DNA of 64,000 nucleotides, from NCBI GenBank assembly GCA_937978655.1, contig CALJUX010000012.1, positions 3,438-67,437 on the forward strand, in the 5' to 3' direction. The notes beneath the pieces are model-generated. The model was not told the origin of the DNA. It saw nothing but the letters and a program-made list of their open reading frames with translations, and searched no databases. The position numbers and the translations under genes are program-made. Source of the DNA: an uncultured Chromatiaceae bacterium. Its GTDB lineage: Bacteria; Pseudomonadota; Gammaproteobacteria; Enterobacterales; Alteromonadaceae. Each line of letters opens with the position of its first letter. Within the stretch, counting starts at the first letter, position 1. Shown in pieces: positions 37,868-47,909 of this stretch.

Positions 37868-38206
37868 ATGCGGATATTGATGGGAATGCTCCTGACAGCA
37901 GTGGTGAGCCCGGTGTTGGCTGCGCCGGCCGATCTGAGCCGTGGCGAGGCCAAAGCGGCGATGTGCAGCGCCTGTCATGGCGCAAACGGAATTTCGGTGT
38001 TGGCGGATTATCCCAATCTGGCCGGGCAAAAAGCCGGTTATCTGCAGCAGGCGCTTAAGGCTTATCGGGACGGCCAGCGTCAGCATCTGGTGATGGCGCC
38101 GATGGCGCAGGGCCTGACCGATCAGGAGATCGCCGACGTAGCCGCGTTTTATGCCGCACAACCACAAACCCCGGCCGCAGCGGCAGAGGTTGTGGTGTCA
38201 CAATAA
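37868..38206 (+). CDS. monohaem class I cytochrome c (c4/c553-like), periplasmic
   Basis: Signal peptide, haem site CSACHG, and the distal ...HLVMAPMAQ... Met-ligand region. GAGGTG RBS precedes ATG 37868. Confidence 0.8.
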   Translation: MRILMGMLLTAVVSPVLAAPADLSRGEAKAAMCSACHGANGISVLADYPNLAGQKAGYLQQALKAYRDGQRQHLVMAPMAQGLTDQEIADVAAFYAAQPQTPAAAAEVVVSQ

Positions 38207-38215
38207 ATGGCTGGT

Positions 38216-38569
38216 TTAACGGCCATCTTCAAAACGCAGCGATGCGTTCAGGTTTTCATAAGTACCGTCGGTATACAGCACCAGCACTGACGCTGAATAT
38301 TCGACAAAAGAATAGGCAGTGAAGGCGCAGCTGGCAGTGGTTTTGCTTTGACATACAGAGGGCGATTGCCAGATGTATTGGCTGACCGCTTTGGCGGTAT
38401 TTTCGACTTTAAAAGACGCCGGTGCTGCGCGTTTACCCCAGATCATGGCGTCGCAGTAGCCGATTTGGCTGTCGCCACCGACGGTGCAGCGTAAGTCCGC
38501 CGCAAAGGCAGAAGAGCTCAGTGCTGACGCAGATAACATAAGTGCAGATAAGATCAGTAATTTTTTCAT
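38216..38569 (-). CDS. hypothetical secreted protein (4 Cys)
   Basis: Start at MKKLLILSALMLSASALSSSAFA (AGGA upstream); 117 aa with no recognised domain. Confidence 0.45.
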   Translation of the reverse strand: MKKLLILSALMLSASALSSSAFAADLRCTVGGDSQIGYCDAMIWGKRAAPASFKVENTAKAVSQYIWQSPSVCQSKTTASCAFTAYSFVEYSASVLVLYTDGTYENLNASLRFEDGR

Positions 38570-38730
38570 CGGGATGTCCTGTTTTTTTGCTGGTTTTTGT
38601 TTGGATGTTTCCGGTAGAGGAAACGGTTCCAGCATGCAAAATGCGCAAGGGCAGGCCTAGATCCTGTGGTGTGATATCAGAAATTTATGCAGGTTTTATC
38701 AGCGGTTTATCAAATGCCTGCTGCAGGTTT

Positions 38731-39344
38731 GGTTTTTTGCCCTGACGGGCGGCGTTTTTGATTTATTTTTCATTTTTTCCTGCTGCCGCTAGTCCGTCTA
38801 GCAAAGAGTTCACCTGCCGGTGAGGCACTTGTTGCTGACGCAGGTCCTTTGCCCGGTTCCGCTCGAAAGCCCGCTGAAAAATGGCAATTTGAGGCGAAAA
38901 CGCAACTCGCGATTCGCTAGCGTCGAATCGCTCAAACACTCGTTTTCTTAAAACCTCAAATCACCATTTGTCATCGGCTCGCTCCAACGGGCAGCCTGCT
39001 GCAGTAGTTAGATTTGCTTTAAAACAATGTTCAGTAAAAACAGTAACAGCTAAGAAAACCAGTCCCCCGTTGGAGCGAGCCGATGCAAATCAATAGTTTG
39101 AGGTTTTAAGACGGCGGGTGTCTGAGCAGGCTGACGGTAGCAGCCTGCGAGTTACGCCGGCGCCTCAAACTGTTGATTTTCAGCGGGCTTTCGAGCGTAA
39201 CCGGGGTCGGTTTTTCTTTGGTTACTTTCTTTTGCTGAAACAAAAGAAAGTAACTCACCGGCAGGTGAACTCTCTGCTAGACGGTCTCACCGCAGAGGAG
39301 ATAATAAATATCACAGTAAAGCCGCCGCCCGCAGGGCAAAAACC
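38731..39344. repeat. 614-bp imperfect palindrome: two diverged inverted copies (38731-38990 and 39066-39344) of a hairpin-rich module around a 75-nt AT-rich centre
   Basis: Reverse-complement blocks include catcggctcgctccaacggg / cccgttggagcgagccgatg, cttaaaacctcaaa / tttgaggttttaag, ccgctcgaaagcccgctgaaaa / ttttcagcgggctttcgagcg, tcacctgccggtgag / ctcaccggcaggtga and ggttttttgccctgacgggcggcg / cgccgcccgcagggcaaaaacc. The internal hairpins covary (see finding). Confidence 0.85.
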
Positions 39345-39359
39345 AGCGCAGCCAGACAC

Positions 39360-41186
39360 CTACTGATCCAAATACTCGGCAATCAAATCCAGAAACTCAT
39401 CGCCATAACGGCTGAGTTTGGTCTGGCCGACGCCGCTGATGGCGAGGAAATCGCTGCGGCTGGTGGGCATTTGCTGGGCCATTTCGATTAACGATGCGTC
39501 GCTGAATACGACAAAAGGCGCGACGTCGGTGCGTTCGGCGATTTGTTTGCGCAGCGCGCGTAGTTTGCTGAACAGCAGCCGGTCGTAATCCTGTTTTTGC
39601 TGGACTTTGCCGGCTTTCGGTGACGTCGGTGCGCTTAAGCGCGGAATCGCCAGTTGCAGGCTGGTTTCGCCTTTGAGTACCGGCCGGGCGGCTGGTAATA
39701 ACTGCAGCACGGAGTGGCGGGTGATGTCTTGTTGCAACAAACCGTAGTGAATCAGCTGGCGCAGTACTGACAGCCAATAATCATGGCTTTTGTCTTTGCC
39801 GATGCCGTAAGTGGACAGTTTGTCGTGGCCAAGTTCAGTGATTCTCTGGCCCTGACTGCCGCGCAGCACGTCGATGACATGGTGCATACCAAAGCTCTGG
39901 CCAACACGAAACACACAAGACAGCGCTTTTTGCGCCAGCTCAGTGCCGTCAAAACGCTGTGGTGGGTCTAGACAAATATCGCAGTTGCCGCAGGCCTGCT
40001 GACTGGCTTCGCCGAAATAATTCAGCAGCACCTGGCGGCGGCAGGTCTGGGCTTCAGCAAAAGCTGCCATCGCATTAAAACGCTGCAAAGTTACTTCAAT
40101 CCGGCTTTGGTTTTCGTCGGTTTCAATCCATTTACGGGTGCGCGCCGTGTCGGCCGGGTCGAATAGCATGATGGCTTCGGCGGCAACGCCGTCGCGGCCG
40201 GCGCGGCCGGTTTCCTGATAATAGGCTTCGATGGTGCGCGGCAAATCAAAATGCACGACAAAGCGGATATTTGGTTTATTCACGCCCATGCCAAAAGCAA
40301 CGGTAGCTACAATCAGCTGCAGCTGGTCGCGTTTGAACTGGTCCTGCACCAGCGCGCGTTGCTCGTTACTGAGGCCAGCATGATAAGCGCCAACGGCAAA
40401 GCCTTTGCCTTTGAGCTGCTCGGCCAGTTCGTCGACTTTTTTACGTGACGAACAATAGACAATACCGCTTTGATTTTCCTGGCTTTTCAGTAATGTGACC
40501 AGCTGTTCCAGCGGGCGGAATTTCTCCAGCACTGTGTAGCGGATATTGGGTCTGTCAAAGCTGCTGATGCTGATAAAAGGTTGGTACAAACCCAGCTGCT
40601 GGCGGATATCCTGCTGCGTCGCCGGGTCGGCGGTGGCGGTCAATGCCAATAACGGCACTTGCGGGAATTGTTGTTTCAGCCGCGATAAGGCGATGTAATC
40701 CGGCCGGAAATCGTGGCCCCATTGCGACACACAATGCGCTTCGTCGATGGCAAACAGGCTGACGCCGACATCACCGAGGCGCTGCAAAAACTGCTCCTGC
40801 AGCAGTCGTTCTGGTGCCACGTACAGCAGCTTAACCTGGCCATCGCGTAAGCGGCGGAACACGTCCAGCACCTGTTCACGCGCCAGGCTGCTGTTAACAA
40901 AATCAGCAGCAATGCCCATCGCCTGTAAACCGTCGACCTGATCTTTCATCAGCGACATCAACGGCGATACCACCACAGTCACGCCCGGCAACAACAACGC
41001 CGGCAACTGATAACACATCGATTTGCCGCCGCCGGTTGGCATCAGCACAAAACAATCGCGGCCAGCCAGCACCTGCTCGATGATCTCGACCTGACCAAAA
41101 CGAAATTCGCTGTAACCAAAGGTTTGTTTCAGCGTTTGGTGTAAAAGATCGGGAGTAGAGGATGCTGGGTGCAAAGCGATGGTCAC
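39360..41186 (-). CDS. recQ: ATP-dependent DNA helicase RecQ
   Basis: FGYSEFRFGQ, PTGGGKS, DEAHCVSQWGHDFRPDY, the zinc-binding CGNCDIC, and a C-terminal HRDC region; 608 aa. Confidence 0.95.
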   Translation of the reverse strand: MTIALHPASSTPDLLHQTLKQTFGYSEFRFGQVEIIEQVLAGRDCFVLMPTGGGKSMCYQLPALLLPGVTVVVSPLMSLMKDQVDGLQAMGIAADFVNSSLAREQVLDVFRRLRDGQVKLLYVAPERLLQEQFLQRLGDVGVSLFAIDEAHCVSQWGHDFRPDYIALSRLKQQFPQVPLLALTATADPATQQDIRQQLGLYQPFISISSFDRPNIRYTVLEKFRPLEQLVTLLKSQENQSGIVYCSSRKKVDELAEQLKGKGFAVGAYHAGLSNEQRALVQDQFKRDQLQLIVATVAFGMGVNKPNIRFVVHFDLPRTIEAYYQETGRAGRDGVAAEAIMLFDPADTARTRKWIETDENQSRIEVTLQRFNAMAAFAEAQTCRRQVLLNYFGEASQQACGNCDICLDPPQRFDGTELAQKALSCVFRVGQSFGMHHVIDVLRGSQGQRITELGHDKLSTYGIGKDKSHDYWLSVLRQLIHYGLLQQDITRHSVLQLLPAARPVLKGETSLQLAIPRLSAPTSPKAGKVQQKQDYDRLLFSKLRALRKQIAERTDVAPFVVFSDASLIEMAQQMPTSRSDFLAISGVGQTKLSRYGDEFLDLIAEYLDQ

Positions 41187-41280
41187 GTTGGTGGTTGAGA
41201 GAGACGGCTATTCTACTGTTTTCAGCGGAACAGGCATAGCGCTTCCTGCCCGGTGAGGCAGGACTGTGTAGCGCGATGCT

Positions 41281-42288
41281 TTACTTGGCGGCCGCCACCG
41301 AATCCCGCTCGATCAGCTGCGATAAAAACAAATGCGTGCGATGCGCCGGCTCTGCCGTTGGGTTGCTGGATAGCTCAATGGCAAGGCGGGCGGCGTAGCT
41401 GGCCATTTCTTCGACCGGGTAATGCATGGTGGTGAGCTGGGGCCGGCAGGCGCGGGCGACAATCAGGTCGTCAAAACCCACCACTGACACATCTTCCGGC
41501 ACGCGTAAGCCGGCGGCAAAGAGTGCATGAATAGCACCGACCGCCATTAAGTCATTGTAGGCCAACAGCGCGGTGAAATGCACTTTGCGTTTGAGCAATG
41601 CCTCAACCGCCTGCATACCACCTTCGATATTGGCGGTGGATTCTTCAATCGCTTCATCTTTGAGCGTGATTTGCGCCCCGGCCAGCGTCTGGCGGATGCC
41701 TTGCAGCCGTGCGCCGGGGTCACGGTTTTGATAAATACTGGTGATGACAGCAAAGTCGCGGTGGTTTTTCTCCAGCAGCATCTGCGTGGCATAAGCAGCG
41801 CCAGCGATGTTATCGAGCCAGACACAACGATGGGCGATGGCCGGAATATAGCGATTGACCAGCACCAGGCCGGGGATCTCTTCGGCCAGTTTAATCAGGG
41901 TTTTTTCGTCGGAATATTCGCTGTGCAGCACTATGGCCTGGCAGTTGTGGTCGCGCAGTGAATTGATGGCGTCCAGTTCCGACTGGGTTTCATACATCGA
42001 ATTGGCCATCAGCAGCTTGTAGCTCTGTTCGCGGGCGGTTTTTTCCACGCCGGCAGCCAGGGTGCCGAAAAAGGTCATCGCCAGTTTTGGTGTGACCAGG
42101 CCAATGGTGCTTTTGGTTTTGCTGACTAAGGCCTGCGCATTGCTGTTGGGCCGGTAACCCAGCTCTTTGATGACTTTTTGCACCCGGGCACGGCAAGCAT
42201 CGCCGACCTTATGATTGCCATTGATGACGCGCGATACGGTCGCAATCGATACGCCGGCGACGCGGGCGACATCTTTAATATTGGCCAT
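41281..42288 (-). CDS. LacI/GalR-family transcriptional regulator
   Basis: MANIKDVARVAGVSIATVSRVING HTH plus a periplasmic-binding-protein-like core. It is the last gene of the galactoside locus, and its ATG overlaps the upstream stop. Confidence 0.85.
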   Translation of the reverse strand: MANIKDVARVAGVSIATVSRVINGNHKVGDACRARVQKVIKELGYRPNSNAQALVSKTKSTIGLVTPKLAMTFFGTLAAGVEKTAREQSYKLLMANSMYETQSELDAINSLRDHNCQAIVLHSEYSDEKTLIKLAEEIPGLVLVNRYIPAIAHRCVWLDNIAGAAYATQMLLEKNHRDFAVITSIYQNRDPGARLQGIRQTLAGAQITLKDEAIEESTANIEGGMQAVEALLKRKVHFTALLAYNDLMAVGAIHALFAAGLRVPEDVSVVGFDDLIVARACRPQLTTMHYPVEEMASYAARLAIELSSNPTAEPAHRTHLFLSQLIERDSVAAAK

Positions 42289-43694
42289 CAGCGGTGTTCC
42301 TCCAAAAACTGCAGCCGCTGCACGTGCCAAAGCACCAACAGGGCGAAAAGACTACAAAGCACAGTGCCGCCACTTAATAACAGCCGCATGGCGTCCAGTA
42401 CGCCGTCAGCCTGCGCTGCACCGGCGCTGGCGGCAAAGCCAAGCGTATTTAAAGCGAGGCCAGACAATAACATAGACAACGCTGCGCTGACACTGACCAC
42501 CCAATGATGCAGCGCAGAGATGGCGCCATATTGGCTGCTGCCGGCCGGTTCGGTCTGGGCTAACAAAGGCGGGATCAGCATCGCCATCGCGGTCCAGGCC
42601 GCACTGCAAAGTAATGCGTCGAATAGCAGCCAATAAGTCGGTTCGCCCTGATACAACCACCATTTGGCGCCGCCGCCGATAAGATTCAGCACAAAGACCC
42701 AGCACAAAGTGCGTACGGCGCCAAAGCGCCGGCTGCTCCAGCCAAGCACGGGGACAAAAGCCAGACCAGCCAAAGCATAGCCACTGGATAACAAGGCTTT
42801 CCACCAGGAACCGGCGACTAAATCGGCCTGATTCATCGCATAGACCAACAGGTAATAATCCAGCGTCGCGACAAAAGCACAGCCACAGAGTTGCAGCAGG
42901 CATAACAGCAATAACCAGCGCAGCAGCGGGCGTTGGCGTAACAGGCTCAGGCTGTCGCGCGCTGCGACCGGGGGCTGTGTTGCCGGTATCGCGCTGTTTT
43001 GGTCGAGGCTTTTATCCTGAGTTGTATCCAGAGTTTTATCGCGGGCGCGAAATGCCAACAATAAGCCTGGCAGCGCAATCAGCAGGGTGCCGGTCAGGGC
43101 GCCGACCCAGCGTACGCCTTGCTGAAAACTGCTGAACAGCGCCAGTTGCGACAACGGCACCAGCCACTGATAGCCCAAAGAGCCGAGTTTTTGCACCGCA
43201 CTGGCCAGGCCAAACACCGCCGTGCGCTGCTGTGGATCTGGTGTTTGCTCAAATACCAGACTTGATAAAGGCACCGCCAATAGCGGCAGCGCCAGAAAAA
43301 ACAACAACGACAGCAGCGAGAAATAGCCGAGTTGCCATAGCGGCGGCCAGTTGGCGGGCACTTGCCACATCAGCACAAAACTCAGGCTTAAGCCCAGCAC
43401 ACCCGCCAGTAAAAACGGCCGGCGCCGGCCAAACCGGCTTTGGCAGCGGTCCGACGCGCGGCCGACATAACCGCTGATACTACTACCCAGCAGCATAGGC
43501 CCGGCGATCGCCAGACTAAGCCAAACCGGGTCCAGTGCCAGCGTCATCTGATAAAACGGCACGGCGAGCACCAGCACACTCTGGTTGGCAAAAAACAATG
43601 CCAAAAAGCCAGCGGCTAATAAGTAGCGCTGGACCTTTTGGCTGGTGTTGGCCTGGGCAGTGTTAGCCTGGTTTTTGGTGGCGCGGTTTGGCAA
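42288..43694 (-). CDS. glycoside-pentoside-hexuronide (GPH) family cation symporter (MFS)
   Basis: About 12 TM helices and the GPH loop motif GRASDRCQSRFGRRRPFLLAG. Confidence 0.65.
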   Translation of the reverse strand: MPNRATKNQANTAQANTSQKVQRYLLAAGFLALFFANQSVLVLAVPFYQMTLALDPVWLSLAIAGPMLLGSSISGYVGRASDRCQSRFGRRRPFLLAGVLGLSLSFVLMWQVPANWPPLWQLGYFSLLSLLFFLALPLLAVPLSSLVFEQTPDPQQRTAVFGLASAVQKLGSLGYQWLVPLSQLALFSSFQQGVRWVGALTGTLLIALPGLLLAFRARDKTLDTTQDKSLDQNSAIPATQPPVAARDSLSLLRQRPLLRWLLLLCLLQLCGCAFVATLDYYLLVYAMNQADLVAGSWWKALLSSGYALAGLAFVPVLGWSSRRFGAVRTLCWVFVLNLIGGGAKWWLYQGEPTYWLLFDALLCSAAWTAMAMLIPPLLAQTEPAGSSQYGAISALHHWVVSVSAALSMLLSGLALNTLGFAASAGAAQADGVLDAMRLLLSGGTVLCSLFALLVLWHVQRLQFLEEHR

Positions 43695-43704
43695 TGAGGC
43701 TCCG

Positions 43705-46275
43705 TTAACGCATTAAACTCACTTCGGCAATTTCCAGTGCGTTATTGCCATCGCTCGGGACTAGCAACTGCCACTGCGTGCCCTGTAGCTGCGACAAATC
43801 ACCGAGGCTCTGGCCCTGATGCGCAAGCTGTGCCGGCATAAAAGTCGGGTAGGCTTGGGTCAGCAGGGTGGGCGTGGCTTGCAGTGCGCTCAGTGGTACC
43901 AGCTGATAACGCCAGTCGGGGCTCGCTTCTAGGTCAATACCAAACGCCAGACCGTCTTTGTTCAGCAGCGCAAAGCGCACCGGCAGCTTTTCTTTCACTG
44001 CACGCATCTTAATAGCGACCTTAGTGTACCCGGCTAAATCGCGTTGCGTCAGCCCCATCACCGCATGGGTTTCGGTGCGCAGCAACGGCAAAGGCGGTTG
44101 TTGCCAGTCCGGCGTTTTGGCCGGCCGTAGCCGTAATGCCAGGCCCTGCTGACGCTCGCCAGCCAGCCATTGCTGAGTGACTTGCGCATCTTTTGGATAG
44201 AGCAAAGTGGTCTGGTCGACGCGCGTATCAAACAGCGGCACTGCAGCGCCGGGTTGTTGCAACAAAGTGCTGAAATGATGTTGCGGGTTTTGCGGGAAAT
44301 CCCAGTCCGACGGCAGCGCTTCGACCGCGCCAGGGAAACTCAGCGTCTTGCTATTTTCTTGTAGTACCAGCTGATATTGCAGCAGACCGCTTTGTGCTGG
44401 CAACTTCAGCTTGGTGCAATAGCGGCCTAAATCTTCCGCTTGCATCGCTTGTTGCTGTACCTGACCTTCACCGGCGAGCCGGTAATACAGGCTGACTTTC
44501 AGGCCGGATACCTGAGAGGCAGATAACTGAGCACAGACCGGCAGCGGCTGGTCGATGGACCATTGGCGCAGCGGTTGATGGACCAGCAGCGCCGGTTTGG
44601 CCATGATTTCCGGTAATAAAAACGGCCGCGTTGAATTTGGCGTTGGCTTTTGCGCTTGTGCCAGCAGCGCTGCTGTTTTCGCCAGCAGATAACGGCCTGG
44701 CGTCAGTGTCACTAAGCCGTTTTTCGCGGCCAGCTGAGTGCCATCTGCGCGTTGTAGCAGAAAATTTTTGCCCAAATCGGCCAGCTGAATCGTCATGTCA
44801 CGCGCACTGACCGACAGCCGCACCGCTTCGCGTTTTAAGCTGGAGTTCTGGTGCGGGTCGTCCAGTTCAGTTGCATCCGGATACACTTCCAGCTGCCATA
44901 AGCCAGCTTGTTGTTGGTCGAGAAAATAAGCGCCGCTGCCTTGATATTGCACCAGCGGCGAGCTGCCGACACCGGCGATATGACGAAGTTGGTCTGCATT
45001 CACAGGCTTATCAGTCGTGCTATTGCTGTGATAAAAACGGCTGCCGTTATTCAGGAGCGCCAGACCGCGCACTGGGTCTAACGTGATATTCAGCGCAGCA
45101 CCACCAAACTGATTCGATGCCGGATAAGCCCCGGTATCCGCGCCGCGTGGCAGGCCACGAAACACCTCGCCGGCAATTAAAAAGCTGATGGCTTTGGCCG
45201 GGGTGTACAGCAAATTTAAATAGTGCGTGTTGTATTCAGCATTGCTGGCGGCAAGCGCGGCCGGGTCGTAGGCAAATTGCGTGGCCCATTGGAAACCAGC
45301 AGTGCGGAAACTGCGCGCCATCGCCGGGTACAGCAGCGGCGCTTTGACATCGGCGGCATCAAATTCGTAAATCATCCGCGCTTTGCCGGCGCATGCCGCG
45401 ATGTCTTTAAACGGGTTGTGATACTGGGCGACTGAACCCAGCACATTGCTCTGCAGGCTGCTGTATTTCAGTAATCCGGTTGGATACCACTGAAAAGACA
45501 CACCATCGATATTGCTTTCACATAGCGCTTTGACAAATTCCGGCCAGTTACCTTGTTCACTGCTGTTGTAAAACAATGGCTTAGTGACACCAGCGTCGCG
45601 CATGACCTGGATCAGGCCGTTGACATAAGCCGTCACCGCGCCGGCGTCGGCGTGTTTCGGTTCGTTAAACAGCTCAAACGCCAGAATATTCGGGTCTTTG
45701 GCGTAGGGCACACCATCGCGGTTTTTATGTGCCATCAGCTGCGTTAAATAGCGCTTTTGCGCTTGAATGGCATCAGCTTTTTCGTTCATCTGGTTTTTGC
45801 TGTACAGCACGGAAAAACCAGGCTCTTGCGGGTCCGGCGCCGGATAACCGCTGCCCCACCAGCCAATCGGCGTCACGACGGCTTTGATGTTGTAGCGCTT
45901 CAGTTCTGAGAGCAAAAAATCAAACAGCTGCAGATGCTCGTTGTTCAGCAGATTGCCGTCGCGGTCACTGATTAAACGGTCCCACAAATGGATGCGGTAC
46001 GCCGTCACACCTAAACGCGCCAGATGCGCCACATCCAGCCGGATCATCTCCTCGTGCGACAAGCCCATAGCTTTGACCGAACGATAACCAAAGGCAAACG
46101 GCAGGCTGTAGTTGGCGCCAAACAGCGCCACTTCTTCCGCTTTGCCTTGCGGTGACGCTGCGCTGGCAGCACCGGTCTGATACCAGATACCGTCTTTGAC
46201 ATAAGATTCGCTGGCGGTGGCGCTGAGTGACAGCGCCGCCAGTGTCAGCAGTGTTTTTGGCTGGAACCGCATCAT
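43705..46275 (-). CDS. secreted glycoside hydrolase, clan GH-A-like catalytic domain plus large C-terminal extension
   Basis: Signal peptide, then a (beta/alpha)8-type acid/base motif ILAFELFNEP and a later IYEFD segment. Lies in the galactose cluster. The precise GH family was not determined. Confidence 0.55.
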   Translation of the reverse strand: MMRFQPKTLLTLAALSLSATASESYVKDGIWYQTGAASAASPQGKAEEVALFGANYSLPFAFGYRSVKAMGLSHEEMIRLDVAHLARLGVTAYRIHLWDRLISDRDGNLLNNEHLQLFDFLLSELKRYNIKAVVTPIGWWGSGYPAPDPQEPGFSVLYSKNQMNEKADAIQAQKRYLTQLMAHKNRDGVPYAKDPNILAFELFNEPKHADAGAVTAYVNGLIQVMRDAGVTKPLFYNSSEQGNWPEFVKALCESNIDGVSFQWYPTGLLKYSSLQSNVLGSVAQYHNPFKDIAACAGKARMIYEFDAADVKAPLLYPAMARSFRTAGFQWATQFAYDPAALAASNAEYNTHYLNLLYTPAKAISFLIAGEVFRGLPRGADTGAYPASNQFGGAALNITLDPVRGLALLNNGSRFYHSNSTTDKPVNADQLRHIAGVGSSPLVQYQGSGAYFLDQQQAGLWQLEVYPDATELDDPHQNSSLKREAVRLSVSARDMTIQLADLGKNFLLQRADGTQLAAKNGLVTLTPGRYLLAKTAALLAQAQKPTPNSTRPFLLPEIMAKPALLVHQPLRQWSIDQPLPVCAQLSASQVSGLKVSLYYRLAGEGQVQQQAMQAEDLGRYCTKLKLPAQSGLLQYQLVLQENSKTLSFPGAVEALPSDWDFPQNPQHHFSTLLQQPGAAVPLFDTRVDQTTLLYPKDAQVTQQWLAGERQQGLALRLRPAKTPDWQQPPLPLLRTETHAVMGLTQRDLAGYTKVAIKMRAVKEKLPVRFALLNKDGLAFGIDLEASPDWRYQLVPLSALQATPTLLTQAYPTFMPAQLAHQGQSLGDLSQLQGTQWQLLVPSDGNNALEIAEVSLMR

Positions 46276-47837
46276 CACCACCACACGCTATAGAACACTA
46301 CCAACACCAAGACGACCAGCGCCAACGACAGGCTAAAACCTTTGCTGGTGTCAAAGCTGATGTCGTTCAGTTCCACCGCACCTGCCTGATTTTTATTGCC
46401 TTGCAACAGAGACACCACGATAGCCAGGCCCAGACACAGCAGGAACACCAGACCAACCCGATCCATAAACGGCAGCGCCGGCCAGAACTGGTAAAACAGG
46501 AAGCTGAATACCGCAGAACCGACCGCAGCCAGCAGCGCAGCATCGGCGGTGGTTTTTTTCCAGAACATGCCCATAAAAAACAGCACCACAATGCCTGGCG
46601 TAAAGAAGCCGGTAAATTCCTGAATATATTGGAACGCCTGGTCAAAATCACCGAGCAGCGGTTTGGCAGTAAAGAGTGCAATCAACAGCGACAGCAAACT
46701 GACGGCGCGGCCGACTAACACATAATGCTGCTGGCTTTCGCTTGGTTTGACCTGCGCATATAAATCCATGGTGAAAATGGTGGCCACTGAGTTGGTCATC
46801 GACGCCAGGCTCGACAAAATCGCCGCCACTAAAGCCGCAAAAATCAGGCCCTTCAGGCCAGAAGGCATCAACGCCATCATTTGTGGATAGGCCTGATCTG
46901 GTTTAGCTAAATCCGGCAGGATCAGCACCGCAGCAATACCCGGTAATACCACAATCACCGGCATTAACAGCTTCAGAAAGGCGGCAAAAGCGATACCTTT
47001 TTGCGCTTCACGCAAGCTGGATGCGGCCAACGCGCGCTGGATAATATATTGGTTAAAACCCCAGTAACTTAAGTTCATCACCCACATACCACCAACCAAC
47101 ACTGAAATGCCCGGCAGGCTGGCATAATGCGGATTGTCCGGACTTAAAATCATGTCGAATTTTTCCGGCGCTTTGGCAAGCAAAGTGTCAAAACCAGCCA
47201 GTACACCAGCGCCGGCGCCAATCATGTTAAGCGCCAGATACGACATAAACAGGCCACCGAATACTAAAAGCACCACTTGCAGAATGTCGGTAAAAGCCAC
47301 GGCTTTAAGGCCGCCATACAGTGAATAGCTGACTGAAAATAACGCCAGTAGCGCCATACTCCAGAACAGGTCAATGCCAGTCAGCGCATTCACCGCCAAA
47401 GCACCCAGCCACAGCACGGCCGTTAAATTGACAAACACATAGACCGCCAGCCAGAAGATGGCGAGTGTGGTACGGACGCGGTTATCAAAACGCTGCTGCA
47501 GGAACTGCGGCATCGTATAGATTTGTTTTTTCAGGAAAATCGGCAGGCAATATTTACCGACTAACATCAGCGTCAGCGCCGCCATCCATTCATAGGATGC
47601 GATGCCAAGACCAATGGCATAACCCGAACCGGACATACCGATGATTTGTTCGGCGGAGATATTTGCGGCAATCAACGAGGCGCCAATCGCCCACCACGGC
47701 AGGCTGTTGCCGGCCAGAAAGTATTCGTTGGTATTTTTCTGATGGCCTTTTTCTTCGCGCGACACCCAATAGGCGACGAACAGCAGGCCGAGGATGTAGA
47801 CGACAAAAATCGCCATGTCGAGTGTTGATAAAGTCAT
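46275..47837 (-). CDS. sodium:solute symporter (SSS family, SGLT-like sugar transporter)
   Basis: N-terminal YFLAGNSLPWWAIGASLIAANISAEQIIGMSGSGY is typical of SGLT/vSGLT; about 14 TM helices. Confidence 0.85.
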   Translation of the reverse strand: MTLSTLDMAIFVVYILGLLFVAYWVSREEKGHQKNTNEYFLAGNSLPWWAIGASLIAANISAEQIIGMSGSGYAIGLGIASYEWMAALTLMLVGKYCLPIFLKKQIYTMPQFLQQRFDNRVRTTLAIFWLAVYVFVNLTAVLWLGALAVNALTGIDLFWSMALLALFSVSYSLYGGLKAVAFTDILQVVLLVFGGLFMSYLALNMIGAGAGVLAGFDTLLAKAPEKFDMILSPDNPHYASLPGISVLVGGMWVMNLSYWGFNQYIIQRALAASSLREAQKGIAFAAFLKLLMPVIVVLPGIAAVLILPDLAKPDQAYPQMMALMPSGLKGLIFAALVAAILSSLASMTNSVATIFTMDLYAQVKPSESQQHYVLVGRAVSLLSLLIALFTAKPLLGDFDQAFQYIQEFTGFFTPGIVVLFFMGMFWKKTTADAALLAAVGSAVFSFLFYQFWPALPFMDRVGLVFLLCLGLAIVVSLLQGNKNQAGAVELNDISFDTSKGFSLSLALVVLVLVVFYSVWW

Positions 47838-47909
47838 AACCTATCCTGGATTTTCCTGTGATCTCCCGCTATGCCGGGAGTTTGTTGTTATAAATTTCAG
47901 CCTTTGGTC

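Noticed and set aside
38731-39344. Possibility that the palindrome is an invertible promoter switch (fim-type).
   Set aside because: The arms are about 260 nt and diverged, while the invertible segment would be only 75 nt. No recombinase or invertase gene is nearby.
39118-39366. 82-aa ORF (GTG start) lying inside the right arm of the large palindrome. The left arm is also open in the equivalent frame on the minus strand.
   Set aside because: Codon-by-codon comparison of the two arms shows mostly non-synonymous differences, concentrated in compensating hairpin stems. There is no ATG or SD sequence. The 3' end is just palindrome plus the recQ-flanking sequence. Structure conservation explains it better than coding.
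47851-47875. Hairpin ctcccg-ctatgc-cgggag followed by tttgttgtt, between galM and the SGLT gene.
   Set aside because: The T-run is on the plus strand while both flanking genes are on the minus strand. With a 6-bp stem it is probably incidental, or at most an mRNA stability element.
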